From NCBI RefSeq assembly GCF_037042905.1, contig NC_087251.1, positions 19,594,001 through 19,658,000 on the forward strand: a stretch of 64,000 nt of DNA, written 5' to 3'. Below, piece after piece: positions 28,931-43,879 of the stretch (position 1 is the first letter of the stretch; every line of letters begins with the position of its first letter). The notes beneath the pieces were generated by a model, which was given only the letters and a program-made list of their open reading frames with translations, ran no database searches and was not told the origin of the DNA. The stretch is from Lytechinus pictus. Taxonomy: Eukaryota. A program made the position numbers and the translations under genes.

Positions 28931-31900
28931 GTCTGCTACTTCACAAAATATGATATAAAAACAAAGAAAACGTTCATATTCTTCCCTTTCAACTTCTTCC
29001 TATCTTTAATTGCAGAGAACTAACTACACATTCTTCAATTTTTCGTATAGGCTCTCGTCGCTTCCGTCGTCTTCATTTTCCTTCTTTTAATTCGTTTTGT
29101 TTTTCTGCTCTGTTACTGATGGCAAACATGATTGCCTCAGTTGCCCTCACAGTAGGAGATTTGTTTCATCTTATCTTTTGAGTTTATTCTGCTGGTTCGT
29201 TTGAGCCCAGGGTGCATAATCTCTCAGACGATACTTGGTGTCTAAGAACTCCCTCTCTGAAAGGTCTTTGTTTTCTCACCATACACACACTGTATCACAA
29301 CTGATTTCATACATTTATATCTGGGAAACATGCATTTCACTTTCACTATTGCCAAACTAAATGAAAATTGAAATTCATGATAACAGACAACATAAGTAAG
29401 TTTTTTTAATATATAAAACAACCCCTTAAGATATAAAAAGAGTGACTGTGAATCGATGGGGTGAGGGGATATCTGATACTGCTTTCATATAATCTCAAAT
29501 TTATAGCCATTTCGGATAGTAAAATAGTGATTATTCATTTTTTTTTCAGCGCACATTTGTAATAACCAAGCATAAACTTGACAAACTTCGTTATCCAACG
29601 ATCTATTTATTTTCCTCGGTTTATAATCTGATTGCATTAGCATTTATCATGTTAAAACAATGTCTGTCATTTCCATAAAAAGCTACCAGTTTTACTATTT
29701 GATGGCTTTGTTATTTTGATTGTTATGTTTTTTTTTGTAAACCGAAGTTCAGTTCTTCTCCAACTATTCATTTATGATGTCGGTTTATCATTTGATTTGC
29801 TTTCTAACAAGGTTGAAGCACTGGGGCGTAGTGGATGTCATCTGCTGACATTACGCATGAGCAGTGTCCATTAATCGCGCTCCGGCGCCACACATAGTCT
29901 TCATTCAAGAAGTTACTAGAATGGCATATTTCCCTGATTTCGGTTCATTTCAGCTCTTAACCACTAAATAAAAGTCAAACTCATCAGATTACTTTTAGTA
30001 TTTGAGTTGATTTTTTTTTTCTAATCAAGGTCAACGTTTGGTGTATATTAATAACTTCATCATGAATTGTTTTCGAACTTTGCTGGAACTGCTAGTTTAC
30101 CCTTAAAGCTCGTAAGCTTGAACACCTCCTCTAGGAAAAAAAAGAAGATGAAGAATTAGACGAAGACAAAGAAGAAGAAGAAGAAGAATATTTCACATTT
30201 ATCAGCAATGTATTATACATCAAGGTATAGTTATGGATTCCATCGAATTCTACGTATTTTCTATTTTCTTTTTTTTAGATTTGAAAAATGACTGCATCGT
30301 CAAATAATTGTCTTTATTTTTTAAAAGATATTTCTTATAATGAGACTAGAAGATTAATATTAAAACCGCATTTAATCCTTAGATAATTAATATCAGAATA
30401 TGAATTAACAAGCGGAAAGAGAAAATTGTATCTATTTGTTGCCCTATATACCCTATATCATTCTAGGATGAAATCAGTCATCCGATTTATATTACATTCG
30501 TTTTTTTATCATGCCAGTACTTCTGGAAAAGTTGATCCTTTTCAGAAACATGGATTCCAAAATGAAGTAAATGCTTCCGAAGTATTTACTTCATTTTATA
30601 TTCAGAATTCCGAATAATTGATATTTACAAACGTATATAATTCAATCATACTTTCTACATTACTAAAAGACATTAATTCAAGAAATATATAAAACCAATC
30701 ACCCTAAGCATGCTAGGTATAACTTGTAAAACTAAAGCGGTAAGGGCAACGAGATCGGAGGAAGAAGTATCGACCAAACGATAATTTAAGGAATTGGATT
30801 ATTCCGTTTCAAAATGTTGTATATATATATATATATATATATTTGAATAATGATGTTTAAATTCATAGCCTGACTATAGAAGGCAAGGATAAAAGTGCTC
30901 AATTAAAGTTGTAAAAAAATGGACACTAGTTAATAAGTTGGTGCTTTTGAAATTGCCCAAACGATGATGTAAGCATAACAATGTGTAAAGAAATCAGGAA
31001 ATATAGAAATATGTGAATAATCATAACTTTGTCCTACCGATTTCTCTTGATGTCGGCCTAAATTTGATTTAGAACTTTTTTTCACTCCAGAGTTTGGTAA
31101 TCACGAAAAAAATGATTACGTAGGCCTACCTATATACGTTGGGAAGAGACTGTGAATTTATGATAAGTTGTCATTTAGTTCATTGGATTTAATAACTGCG
31201 CCGTTATAATTTTTACATTCTAAATCAACAAAATTTGGTACAAGGTAAATAAATTATATATAAAAATAATAATGAGAAAAAGGACGGTTGAAATTTAACT
31301 GCTTATTACTGAATTTCTTTCCCATCAGTTCATTCTCTCAGTCGAAACAAATATCTGGCCAGCGCTAAACATCCGAAATGGCAACCAAGCATAAAGATAC
31401 AAATATATTTGGATACGTTGTGTATGAATAATTGTGCCGTAATGAAACTGCTTCGTACGACTAATATCCTAATCCAATTTTGTTCTACCATAGCCTCCGA
31501 TATATTCCCTCTCCCCTTCCATCTCACCCTTCTTAAACGATTTATTCATCGCCTGGTAAATAACCTTACACAAGAACAAATGATCCATTAAGCAAAGTTT
31601 CTTCCACCGTAATTAACGCGTAAGCCACTGAATATTTTCGGCTTCATGACGATTATTTCTCTTTTCCACAGTTTACGCTGAAAAGCACCCACGCATTCAT
31701 AAAAGACGAAAGGTTCAGTATCCTTTATCGGTCTCTTATACCAATGTTTGACTGGCTAGATTTTTTTCTTCGAGGAATGAGTCGGGACTGAAACGTTTTG
31801 ATTTCCATATTTTAGCTATGTTTTGCCCATTTTGACCATTTTCACTTCGGTTGAGTGTGCGCTGGCGCGCTGTTCCCTCGATCGATTGCAGATCACTTGA

Positions 31901-32345
31901 AAACTTTCTTCCGATTATCGGGCAATTTTATTGCTCTATGGAGAAGCCTTAAGATTCTTATAACAAATCACCCAGCCGGCTTGATGTATCTTGAATAACT
32001 TATTTACTCCTATCTTGCACTATTGAGGACAAACACGATTACCTCTTCCTCTGGATTTTGCTCTTGCAATTCTTTGAAGTATACATAATAATTTTTTGAG
32101 AATTTCTTTTAAAAGCATCTGTAGCAATTTTATAGCGTATTCAATACTCTTCCATTCCCGGACAACCAGAACCATAACAAGAGTGGTATTACTTTACTTA
32201 TCAAACGACATTTTAAATTCCATTCTTAATTTTTAGTTGAAATCATTTAAGGCATTTAGGGTCTCCCCCTAAAATTATTTTAAATTAATTATAATTGTTA
32301 ATAATTTGTAATTCTCTTTTGTTTGTATATTTCTTGTGTTCTACA

Positions 32346-32407
32346 TTGTAAAGCGCTTTGATATGGATTTCATGAAAAGCGCTTTATGAGACTTAGTTAT
32401 TATTATT
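32346..32407 (+). mobile_element. 3' tail of an L2-group LINE or L2-dependent SINE
   Basis: tgtAAAGCGCTTTgatatggatttcatgaAAAGCGCTTTatgagacttag followed by (TTA)n: a stem-loop plus short tandem tail typical of L2-type 3' ends. Confidence 0.6.
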
Positions 32408-33380
32408 TAAAAAATGTTTTGAAAGTCTTCAAATTTATTGTGGCGTCGAAATTGGTGCCATTATGAATGACTTTTATTTTTTATACAGAATTCCACAGAT
32501 AGTTTCCAAAGATATTCCAATCAAAATAAATAAGGTGTTGCATGAAAGAAAATTAGATTTCCTTCAAGATCTTACCACTTTTCTTAGCTTTTGAGATTAT
32601 TATAATGTCAATCCTTTTGCAAAAATTCTCCGATAATTTTTCATTTTTTTCTCAATAATGTTAAAACCTAGGAATCAAAGCATATGTTTTCAAATTTAAT
32701 AGGTTAAAACAATGTCGATCCTGCATATTCAAGGAGGAATCATTTTTTTTACATTAAAATGAGGGAATAATTAGATATTTCATACTACATAAAACAAAAC
32801 ACAAAACAAAACAAATACACTCAATAAATATAATATGACGGAGACAAAACAAAAGAAAGATGCAGAAAGCCTCACTCTTTTTTTTGGCTCCGTCTAATTA
32901 TGCCCATTTATAAGTCCCTCAACACTTCAATTTTACATTCATCATTCATCGCATTGTAAGACTATAAAAAGATAATTGGAAAAGTACGTTATTGACAACT
33001 AGAAGATACAGCGAGCGTCATTGTAATTATTTTGTCAATTTTAAATTCTCAATATCCTCTTCAGACGTTTATTAGGCAGAAGCGGATAATCGTCTGATTT
33101 TGTAATATTATTGCAAAAAGTGATCTATGATTTCATACGAACAACAATAATAAAATAAGGAGGATGTTAACTTTATTACCAGCCCCGTCTTGAAAACCCG
33201 TAATGTATTTTCTTAATAATTAAGTGGAAGATGGATAGTAAGAAAAATATTTTTTTGAAGAAGTATTATTGCATTTTGGCGCAAAAAATAAACAACAAAG
33301 TCAGATAACAAAATTCAGACAAATAAAGTCAGACAACAAAAGTAGATTTGTTATTCCCATTCATTGTCTGGAGCGTTAAC

Positions 33381-33482
33381 TGGGCGTTCTGGCGTGCGCC
33401 TGTAATATGAATTGATGCAGAGATTAAAAGTTCGAGCTCTGGTCACGTCTTTCGGATGGTGACGTTAAAAGTCGGTCAAAGA
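33381..33482 (+). mobile_element. Degenerate SINE fragment (tRNA-like head plus V-domain-like core)
   Basis: B-box-like agttcgagct (33429-33438) followed by cacgtctttcggatggtgacgttaaaagtcggtc, which resembles the V-SINE core gtctttcggatgagacgttaaaccgaggtc (recalled, not aligned). Confidence 0.5.
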
Positions 33483-34559
33483 CATAAATAATCATATCTG
33501 ATTGATAGTTTCTGAAAAATAAGAAAAATTAATTACACATACCCACACACAAATATACACATTTTGTTTGCTCTCAGTATTTGATTTCATAAACATTAAC
33601 CAAAGTTAACTATGACCTAGAAATCCTGTATCCATTATAGTATCTAACAATTGTTATCTTTAATATCTAATTTAACATTAAAAGAAGAAATGTTAATTTT
33701 ATTCAAGAGACTCAAGGGACTGAGATTACAAATCCTTGATAGCACAGAGACACAATCGTGTAGATATTACTCTGGGGAGTAATAAATTTTTGTGTTCGAT
33801 ATCATATATAAAGAGTTACAATTAATATTTAAAGGTTATAAACGGACGTATTTATTCGATTAGCTCTATTATCAATAACATCATCATCATTATAATCATT
33901 TTGCAATAACAAAAATGACCTTACTATAACCATCAATATTTGATAGATAGGTTTACATCGATATTTTTTAAGTCGTTCCTTATTAAAAGTAATAAGAGAA
34001 GTTAAGAAAAAGCTATTGACTTATGTAGTACTGCAATTTGAGTTTGGTATCAAATGGGTTAATTGTGGAGAATAGAGTTTCTTGAAAGGCAAAGGATACT
34101 TGTGGAGTTAAAAGCAAGAGCAACAGCTAATTTCAGAATGTGTTCAGTGAGCTGTGTATAGATTGCGGTACAAGTTGAATTTCCTTCCAGCTTCCATCTC
34201 TCTCATATATTTCTTATTTTCTTCTATGATTTGGTGCGCCACTCAGTGCCCTAATCATACGGCGGTTGAAAGAAGCATCTCTCAAAATCGTTGAAACAAT
34301 ACGGGTTGACAAGATGAGGTGAAGACAGCCGGAAAATTAGGAAGAAAAATTATGAATCGATTTTTGTTTCGGCTTGCCTCGAAATGAAGCCGAAGATGGG
34401 GGAATCGTCATAAAAGTCATTTCCAGATGGCTGGGCGATGTCTGCTATCAAAGCCAAGCCGCCCTTTCTTTCTCATCTAGTGAACAATCAGGCGTGAGAT
34501 AAACAAGATATTATAGAAGAGGCAATGAGTATAGGAGGGAGGAAGGTTGTCCAAGTATT

Positions 34560-34580
34560 GGTGGTGGTGGTAATGATGGG

Positions 34581-34611
<31 letters not shown>

Positions 34612-34675
34612 GTGATAATGATGATGATGATGATGACGACGACGATGATGATGATGATGATGATGATGATGTTGG
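34560..34675. repeat. (GAT)n/(GGT)n trinucleotide microsatellite
   Basis: Directly visible; explains the poly-His and poly-Ser ORFs. Confidence 0.95.
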
Positions 34676-36274
34676 TGCTGGTACATGAGAGAAATTAGAG
34701 AAATTACATGTTACACACTTTCTTAAAAGTAACATTTTCTTCCTTTGCATGGATAACGATAAACAAACAAAGAATGTCGTTGAAACAATTTCCCAATGAC
34801 TACAACTTAACCACTGCATTGATATTTAACTGTATAATAACGATATGATAACTGTGTATAATAGCTGCGTATGTTTTTTTTTTTTTTTTTTACAATACTA
34901 TGTTTCGAGAACATTTATTCTAATCGAGAAAAAAAATATGTTATTGGGGCATGTCGCACTTTTATACAGATCAAGGAAGTAACTTCTCTCTCAAGAAAAA
35001 AATGTTTGGTTGAATCATAAAAGTTAAATCATAGAACAGAATTATTTGAAATATGAACACTGCATAACAAAACTTTTGGAAAAATACGATAAATCTATTA
35101 CAATTTATATGATTTCAATTTATTCACCTCCCGTCACACCAATGCCCCACCATTTATAAAAGTCCCTCCCATCCTCAACCAGGCTCTAAACTCTATTATC
35201 TATTATCAAGAAAGCTAACCAGCAACTCTTGAGCGCATCGTTGCCGCTGCAGCCATCTTCCGAAACCTCGTCCGTGATTAGGTCTCTGACGTCACAATGT
35301 TATCGATAATAAGGCGGCAACTGTCGTATGGTGTAGAAGATAAGTGTCGTGATGCGATATACACCTTCATATACATTGTCTTCTGCTTCAATTATTCGAC
35401 TCCTGATGACACAAACCTTGTACATATGTGTGGTTGTAGCCTCACGTTCGAAGACTTCTATGTTTCTGAGATTTAATCATTTCAGCACGTTTTATTAACA
35501 GAGACATAGAGTCATTGGTTGGATTACTTTCCACTAATATGTTTTATTATTTGATGAAGAATAGTATTAATATACAACAAACTTTTCAAATAATCATGGA
35601 AATAGTCTCCCCATACTTAGATCTTGGCAGGAATTAGGGCATGTGATCCAATGTCAGCTAATTACATCTACTTAAAAAACAATATGGGAATCACATAAAT
35701 AATAAAGAATATTTTACTTCAGCATGTACAACAATTACAAATGCTTTCTTTTCGCACAATTGAAATGAAATTCAGTGGTCAAAATAAACTGTCATCAGCA
35801 CATCAATACGAACCTTTGGTTTTGAATTAAGGTTAATATTCAATAGTCAATATATTCCTTTACTGACAATGTTAAGATACTAAATTGTTGATAGAGATAC
35901 CATCAAGAAGTCATGGTACGGAAAGCAAGACTAGTAATTTCCTTGGAATCAGAGCTAGAAAAAAAAAAACAAGTAATCTTCCCCCAATTATTTACGGCTG
36001 CCCTCAGCAGCAGACGATGGTATTCGTAGTATCGTGGGATTGCCATCAAAATCGATTCTCTTCTCCGTATCTAATCAGTAGGAGCCCGCCAATTTTCTCG
36101 GCGTTTTGATCATGTATTGGGTATTGATCGACATTCAGTTTAATGGAACATAAGTCAAACCATGTCGACTTGAAGTAGAATAAAACCAAAAGGACAAAGA
36201 AGTAGAACACAGAATAAACTGCGATCTCCCATACTTTTCTAAACCATTTTGTATGGGTAGATTTGGCAACATTG

Positions 36275-36477
36275 GTAGCAGCAGCAGTTGTAGTAGAGTA
36301 GTAGAAGTAGTAGTAGTAGTAGTAGAAGAAGTAGTAGAAGTAGAAGTAGTAGTACTAGTAGAGTAGTAGTAGTAGTACTAGTAGTAGTAGCAGCATTGTA
36401 GCAGCAGCAGATGTAGTTGTAGTAGAGTAGTAGTAGTAGTAGTAGTAGTAGTAGCAGCAGTTGCAGGAGTAGAAGTA

Positions 36478-36509
<32 letters not shown>

Positions 36510-36641
36510 TGTAGTAGTAGTGTAGTAGTAGTAGTGTAGTAGTAGTAGTAGTAGTAGTAGTAGTACAGTGTAGTAGTAGTAATAGTAGTAGTTGTATTAG
36601 TAGTAGTAGTAGTAGTAGTAGTAGTAATAGTAGTAGTAGTT

Positions 36642-36675
<34 letters not shown>

Positions 36676-36677
36676 AA

Positions 36678-36720
<43 letters not shown>

Positions 36721-36721
36721 A

Positions 36722-36774
<53 letters not shown>

Positions 36775-36775
36775 A

Positions 36776-36809
<34 letters not shown>

Positions 36810-36810
36810 A

Positions 36811-36864
<54 letters not shown>

Positions 36865-36964
36865 AAGTAATGTAGTAGTAGTAGTATAAGTAGTATAGTA
36901 GTAGTAGTAGTAGTAGAGTAGTAGTAGTAGTAGTAGAAGTGGCAGTAGTAGCTGTAGCAGTAGT

Positions 36965-37049
<85 letters not shown>

Positions 37050-37073
37050 CTAAGTAGTAGTAGTAGTACTAGT
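36275..37073. repeat. ~800-bp (TAG)n microsatellite with AAG/CAG interruptions
   Basis: Directly visible. Confidence 0.98.
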
Positions 37074-39824
37074 TCCTATGAGGAATACACGTGATTCAAT
37101 TCCTCTTGACAACAATCTTCTGATTTTTTTTTCAACATAAATTCCTTCTGATAATGTATGTATTAAGAAGACGCACTCGCCTTGATATTGAACTGTTGTA
37201 TTATCATTCATCATATTTCCGTTCGGACATGTTTAATCCATTCATTACTGATCTGTCTCTATTTCTACACAATGACGGTTCGCGAGCTGTTTAATGTCCT
37301 ACGGAAATTAGACTCTCAGGAGATGAAATAAAAATACGACCAAGAACGGCAGAGGTTAACAATGGTACGATTGATAGAAGAAAGGATGCAGGCAATGAAA
37401 ACACCATCTTCATCTTATACCCTGCTCCCCATACCCCCCTCTCTCTCTCTCTCTCTGTGTCTGTATCTATCTCTTCTCCTATCTACCTACCTTTTCCTTA
37501 TCTCTCTCTTCCTCTCTCTACCTTCCCCTCTCATCCCCTCTTTTATTGTCCTTTCCCTCCATTTTCTATCTCTTATATAACCTGATCCTCACTCTAAGAC
37601 TAATTTTGATAATAAGCTGTGAGCTGTCCTTTATGTGTGTATATATACCTGTTGGAGGCACAGTCAGACTGTCGCCATTAGCTGCAGTTTACCTTATCAA
37701 TTAGATGCCCCCACATCCAGGGGGTCTGTAGCCCCCTCACACCATGGCGCTCTAGTCAATTATCCAAGTATCAGCTGGGATCTATTGCTTTATTAATTAT
37801 CACACTCTTCCTCCAGCACCGTTCTCACTGCTGCGGAAATCTTGAAAACTCCTGCTGATTGCGCATCGTCCGTTGAGTTGTATATTTAGAGGACAACTAA
37901 CAAACAAAGCAAACATTATCAAAAATACCGACGAATGAACCATCTCACCATTTTCGCATATGGGAAATAATCGAATCAGTAAAAAAATATGTGTTACACA
38001 TATTCGAATGTTCTATCCATCAATGCAATATTTAGCTTTGCATACCACACAAAATGGTATGATTTCAAGCTGTTTGATAATGATGATGCTTTGTCGATAC
38101 AACACTGGGATTGCTAATTGATTTAAGGAAATAAATGTGCACGTGTACGACATGGTTGAAATATGAATTTGCCTTTCTCTGTTATAGAAACTATGTACTG
38201 GTACATGGCAATAAATTAAACTTAGGATTAAGAATTCTTCTTGCGACAAATTTATGTAGCATGCGAAATGTTACGCGTCATGATCGGATATTAAACATAG
38301 GTAGTTTACTACATTTTTTTTTTTTTTTTTGGGGGGGGGGGGGCAAATGGCAATGCTTAGAAAGGGTTAATTTTTAAACATCGACATTAATGGATATGAG
38401 GGAGTAGATGGAATAAAAATAGGTTATAAGTAATTTTTAATTTCATCCAACCCACATTTAGAGGTTTCAAAGTAAGTATACAATGCTTCAGTAATGTTAA
38501 CAGTCTTCTTTTCCTTTTTCGTTGATATGGCGTGAACAAATATGGGTGATTATATAAAAAGCGAGAAGCGAGAGTTAAGTGCATAGTGTTATCTACCAGG
38601 CTGTGGCCATGGGGGCGTATGCTAGTCCAAAGCGACAGAAGTGCTCCCTTTTGTCAAATGCATGATAGAAAAGCAGAAGGAGAAAAATTGATGAGCGAAG
38701 ATTGAAAAAAAAATGGATAGCAGATGAGATTAGATTCGATGTTAAAACCACGGGGTCTTCTTGATTGACAGACCAAATCGCGATTGACTGTGTGAGTTGG
38801 AATACACATAATACCCCAAACGAGTCACGCTCATCTCGCGTGTTATGTAATAGGTGTCGAGAAATAATGCTGCGAAAGTATTTTGATAAAATGACTCCAT
38901 GCTGTGCCTGATGGTCATTTGAGGGAAGCTATAGAAAGGAGATGGGAGAGAATAACAATCTGATGTATCATACACATCCTGCTACTGATGCGAATGGCCT
39001 TCAGACCGATGATGAATCGCCTTAAAGGATCTACCATAAATTGATGCGCTACCTTCCATCACCATGAAAGACAGTCTGATGTCTAAGAAAAACATCTTAC
39101 ATCTCATACATCGAATGGTGGTGTTTTATATACTTTCTTTGTGATAAAAGCATTCTGTCTAGCTAATACGACGTCCTTTCCTGATTATTCATTACTCCAT
39201 TTAAAGTCATAATAATGGTCTTGCAAAACAATTTAGATTATAAAATTGCATGCATGAATTTCTTTACTATACATTTCCCTGGAATTCTATCGAACTTTAA
39301 GATTTGATAAGTCTACATCTACCTTAGATATAGGGAGGATTTTCATGAAAACGTGTTGTAAGTTTATTTTTGCAGATATATTCTTACTCGTCCAATCAAA
39401 TTTGAGTATTTCTGTAGCTTATAACAGTTTTTAGTGGTAATTAACGAGGATGATTATATTTCATGGACCGCTAAGATTGCAGTATTCATTTTTTTTTTAA
39501 AGAAAAAAAATGGGAAGTTGCTTTTCTTACTGTTATCCCATACAACACCGCTCTCACGTTTTCTTTTTTTTCACATTGGACCCTATGTTTCCTGGCTGTG
39601 GTCCCCTTCATTGTTTTATAATTCTATCACACTTTCGTCTTATTTTGTGCGATCAACTATATGTCGTGTATTGCATAATTAAAATTCAGTTAATTTGAAT
39701 TCATAAAAATACAAAAAATGAACTCTATTTTTGTTAATGAGCACATTATCCAAAGCATTAATTCATTTTGATTTTTGTTTTATTAATAGAGGCACGAATA
39801 TCAGTACATACAAAAATGCGCCAC

Positions 39825-40100
39825 TAGTGTATAGAAGGCGGGGGGGGGGGGGGCTTGGGAGCCATTGCCCCTTAGAAAGAAAAGAATCTTACATGACTAA
39901 GACAAAAATATGAAAAGGAAAATTGTAAAAATATGGAATTACATTCTGGATATCATCAGTAATATTCCATTGAACAAAACCAAAAATCTTTTTGCTCCCG
40001 CGACTAAATACATTTTATTCCTATATAGTTGACTTATTACACCATTGGCACGTGCTGAATATCTAATATATACATTTACCAAGCACTCGTGTCTTGCAAG
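39825..40100 (+). mobile_element. Remnant of a hAT-type non-autonomous element
   Basis: A G-run followed by gactaagacaaaaatatgaaaaggaaaattg...attctggatatcatc...tttttgctc, similar by eye to 61808-61950 inside the hAT-type element. Confidence 0.4.
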
Positions 40101-41709
40101 ATTAAGAGTATTCTAACGAAACTACGTGATTGCAATGTAATCGCATATCAAGACAATCAAAATGATCAAGTTTGTCGGATAGAAAGCAACAGCACGAACT
40201 CATAATGACTTTATTTATACCACATGGGCTCAGTGAAACATTTATTAATTGAAACAATACAATTTTGTAAAATTGTAAATGCTTCAATTATACAAAATTA
40301 TATCAAACTCAAATCAACCATTACGTGAAAATTACCTCCGAGTCAATAACAGTAATGATTGTAGACCTTGCGTCAGTAAGTGTGTATTTCCACTTTGCTT
40401 TGCCATATGATTATGGTTTTAAAAAACCGACTAATCTGTTAGCACGGTTAACTTCTCAAATCTTCATTCTCTCACGATTTGTTAAATTAGGCATGCCTCT
40501 TATTTATGCACACAGATCATGCATCAGTAACACACACACATATACTCACTCACACAACCCACATCACCCACATTAAATCAAATCATTATTCAAGTCATGG
40601 TCTCAGAACATCCGCGCGTTGGGGGATCCTTAATGGTTTCACACCCCGAGGCCACATACTCAGCAAGATTCGATCCGTCTCGTGATAGCTCCCATAATGC
40701 CACGGACAAAAAACATAATTTCTGCTTTTAATTAAAGTCGCTTTACAAAGCAATGTTATAAATCTGCACTGAGAGTGTAAAACAGACTGTGTACGAATCA
40801 CATCTTGGCTCAGACATGACGTCTAGTGGAACAACTGTCAAAAGAAAACAAGGCACAATCTGAACCTCAATTAAAACAAAATGTTCGATTCGTTCTATAT
40901 TCATGATATCCTGAGTGCACTGATCATGATGATGAACAATTTAACAGCGTATATCACTACACTTATCAGCATCATATCCATCAGAAGGATAAAATGAGTT
41001 CATCATTTAAACCAGATGAAAATGTACATCAAGATGCAAGATAACTAGGAAGATAGATCTTGCTTTTGTGCTGACTGTTCTCCTAAATATGACAATTTTT
41101 ATGTCAAAATAGAACATGGCCTAAATCATGAACAAGTGTCTCACTTTAGTTGATAAACCAATACATGACGTCCACATAAACATCTTTAACGTTGCCTGGC
41201 GCCATCGTAACATACCAAAAATTCAATTCAGCCAATAACCACAGAAATGAAATATAAATAAGGTCACCTATCTATCAAATTTCCATACTTTAACAAGCCC
41301 CTCTATATTCCTCGTGTAAAAACAGTCATCATGGTTTGTATCAACATGAGACGAATGTCCTCATATTAGGGTGTTTTGACTTCATAACAGGGATGGGTGT
41401 TGATGTAGACTTGAAAGGACCTCTATCTGACAATACAAATCAATTTAAGGCAGGTTTAAACTAAACTCTTCCTCTCCAGCTAACACAAGCAATAATGTCT
41501 ATCATCATGATCACGTGACAAGGCAATAAGCGATGAGCAATCAATATAAGTGTGATTTGCCTGATAATCTTTATATATTGATATTTCGAAGCCATCGTAT
41601 CTGCCTGTCACAGACGGTAGGGAATGAAGTGATATGTGTATTTCTAAAAACTCCGCCCTACAAAAGGATATTAATTGAACAATTTAAACAAAGAAGCAAT
41701 GACGATTAT

Positions 41710-42040
41710 TTTTTAAAATCCAAATTGGATTGAAAATACGAATGTGTCACAACTTTGCTTTGCGATGTTCAAATGAGGGAGCCATTTACATGATAAACTC
41801 TTTGTTTTGTTTTATATTACATTATATTAAATAGTTAAATCCCTCTACTGATAAATGTGGTTTAATTCATCATGGAACACGTGAAATCATCAGTATCATT
41901 ATCACTGTTGTGATAGAGGTATCATCAATTCTATGAATTTAAAAAAAAATATATTTAACATAATGAAATCCAAACGATAAAAAAAATAATAAGTGTGAAA
42001 ATCATAGGCAACCGTAAAAATGCATATTTTCATTGTATTT
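41710..42040. mobile_element. Degenerate Kolobok-like MITE remnant
   Basis: Shares motifs with the 54356-54935 family (caaatgagggag, ttttgttttatattacattat, catggaacacgtgaaat, aaataataagtg); the ends are eroded. Confidence 0.35.
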
Positions 42041-43879
42041 TATCAAGTAGATACAAAAATACAATTTTCATAGATTTGAGGATAAGTAAGATCTCGATAT
42101 ACATTTTATTTATATTAATGCACATTCTTCGTATAACACTGATTGTTCTGTTGTCATGACTGTGTTTATCTGGAGTACCAAGGCAGATTCTGGTATACAG
42201 TATGACTTGCTGCATGTCTCGGATAATACATTGCACTGCAATTACTGGCGATATTTATTGTAAATAAATATTCTTTTATAAAACACACCAGAACGGAGAC
42301 AGGACTGGAAAATACGGACTCAAGAAATAAACACATAATTATTAAAAACAACAACAGAACTATCGGCTACAAGTAAAGATACTCATCAAGTCAATAAGCT
42401 GTAATTTTGACACAATAATAATGTAGCAAAAAAAAGAAATTTCCATCGCTATACGTCATCGTGACGTTAATTAAACTCTATGAAAAGAAGGAAGAATGAC
42501 TGCTAAATTACTTCCTTTGCTGATTGTAGGAGGGCATTCTCAGATTGACGCCGTGATTTGTCTGTAATTGGCATTGTCAGGGGAGATTATAATTACAGTT
42601 AATGTAAGGGTTATCAACACTTTAATTCCAGAAAAAAATCTTGTAATAGCTAATGAAGACAGTGGATGAAAAGTATATCCAATGCCAATTTAATCTTATG
42701 GGATTCGTTAGGATAATGACAACTGCGAAAAGGGCATTGCGACTTAATCAACATGCACGTGCATTATCTCAAGGTTTCGATAATGGTGATGCTCATTCAC
42801 TCGGTCTTAATATTTCTTTATACAAATTTTTCTGTGTATCTTATTTTGCATCATTATGGGTTCGGAAATAATAGTAAATCGATGAAAAGCTTTCTTGAGT
42901 CATCATAAAAGTAAAATTTCTTGTTTTTTAAATATTTGACTATTACCATGATTCCACTCTAAATATCATGGATTTGAAATAAATCAAGTTAGATCGTTGG
43001 TAAAGCTTTAAGATTTCAATTAAAATTATTGACACTTTAAAACATATCTTCAGAATATAGTACTACACTATTGTTCTTCGCCATGGAAACCTTAAGAAGT
43101 TAAATCTTCAGAATTGTTACAGTTACAACACAGGCAGAAAAAAATATAAACCAGATTCTACCGCTATTTCATTCATCATAATGGTTTTTTATACGGTCCT
43201 TGTCAAATTACCCAGAACTCTACAAAACTTCGTGTGACTTTGAAAGTTTTGTCATAAAAAACAATACAATTCTTATTAAAAAAAAAATTAGATTTTTTGA
43301 CTAATAATTTGACTAGAGATCCAGGTCTCGAGAGCACTCTAATCTTGTAAAAATTAAATTTGGAATGACTGTGAAATGACATGCATTCTATACAAATACT
43401 GACTGCTATCTTTTACTAGAATTGTTTGCAGTTTGATGCAATATTTTGTTCAGTTCTGATAACACCCGTTTGGTCGGGCTATTTTGTCGAAAAATATTAT
43501 TTCAGAAGGGGGGGGGGAATAATGATAGAAAACTTCTTTATAGAGAGAGACATATCAAAGAATTAATATAATCATTCGGGTTATGTGAATTGGATTAAAC
43601 TTTGAAGAGAAGAGAAACATAGTTGATTCCATTAAAAATGATAAAACATGTTTGGGGCCTATGCATAGAATTTCAGTTAAATTTGGTGGGGAAAGTTGAA
43701 TGTCATGTTTATATCACCGCCATGGATCTCAATGATATCTGATTTTTCTTCCAGTTCGCTCATCTCCTCAAAAGCAATTCGTTTCTTATAGGAATTGTTC
43801 TTTTTATTGTACCCCCATCTTTTGCCTAATTTTAATTCCCAGTACAAACTTTATATATGCATCCATTAACACGAGCATG

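Noticed and set aside
34477..34819. Poly-His and poly-Ser ORFs
   Set aside because: Translations of the (GAT)n microsatellite.
39599..39610. 12-nt match TGGTCCCCTTCA to miR-133
   Set aside because: The match stops before the AACCAGCTG 3' half and there is no hairpin partner.
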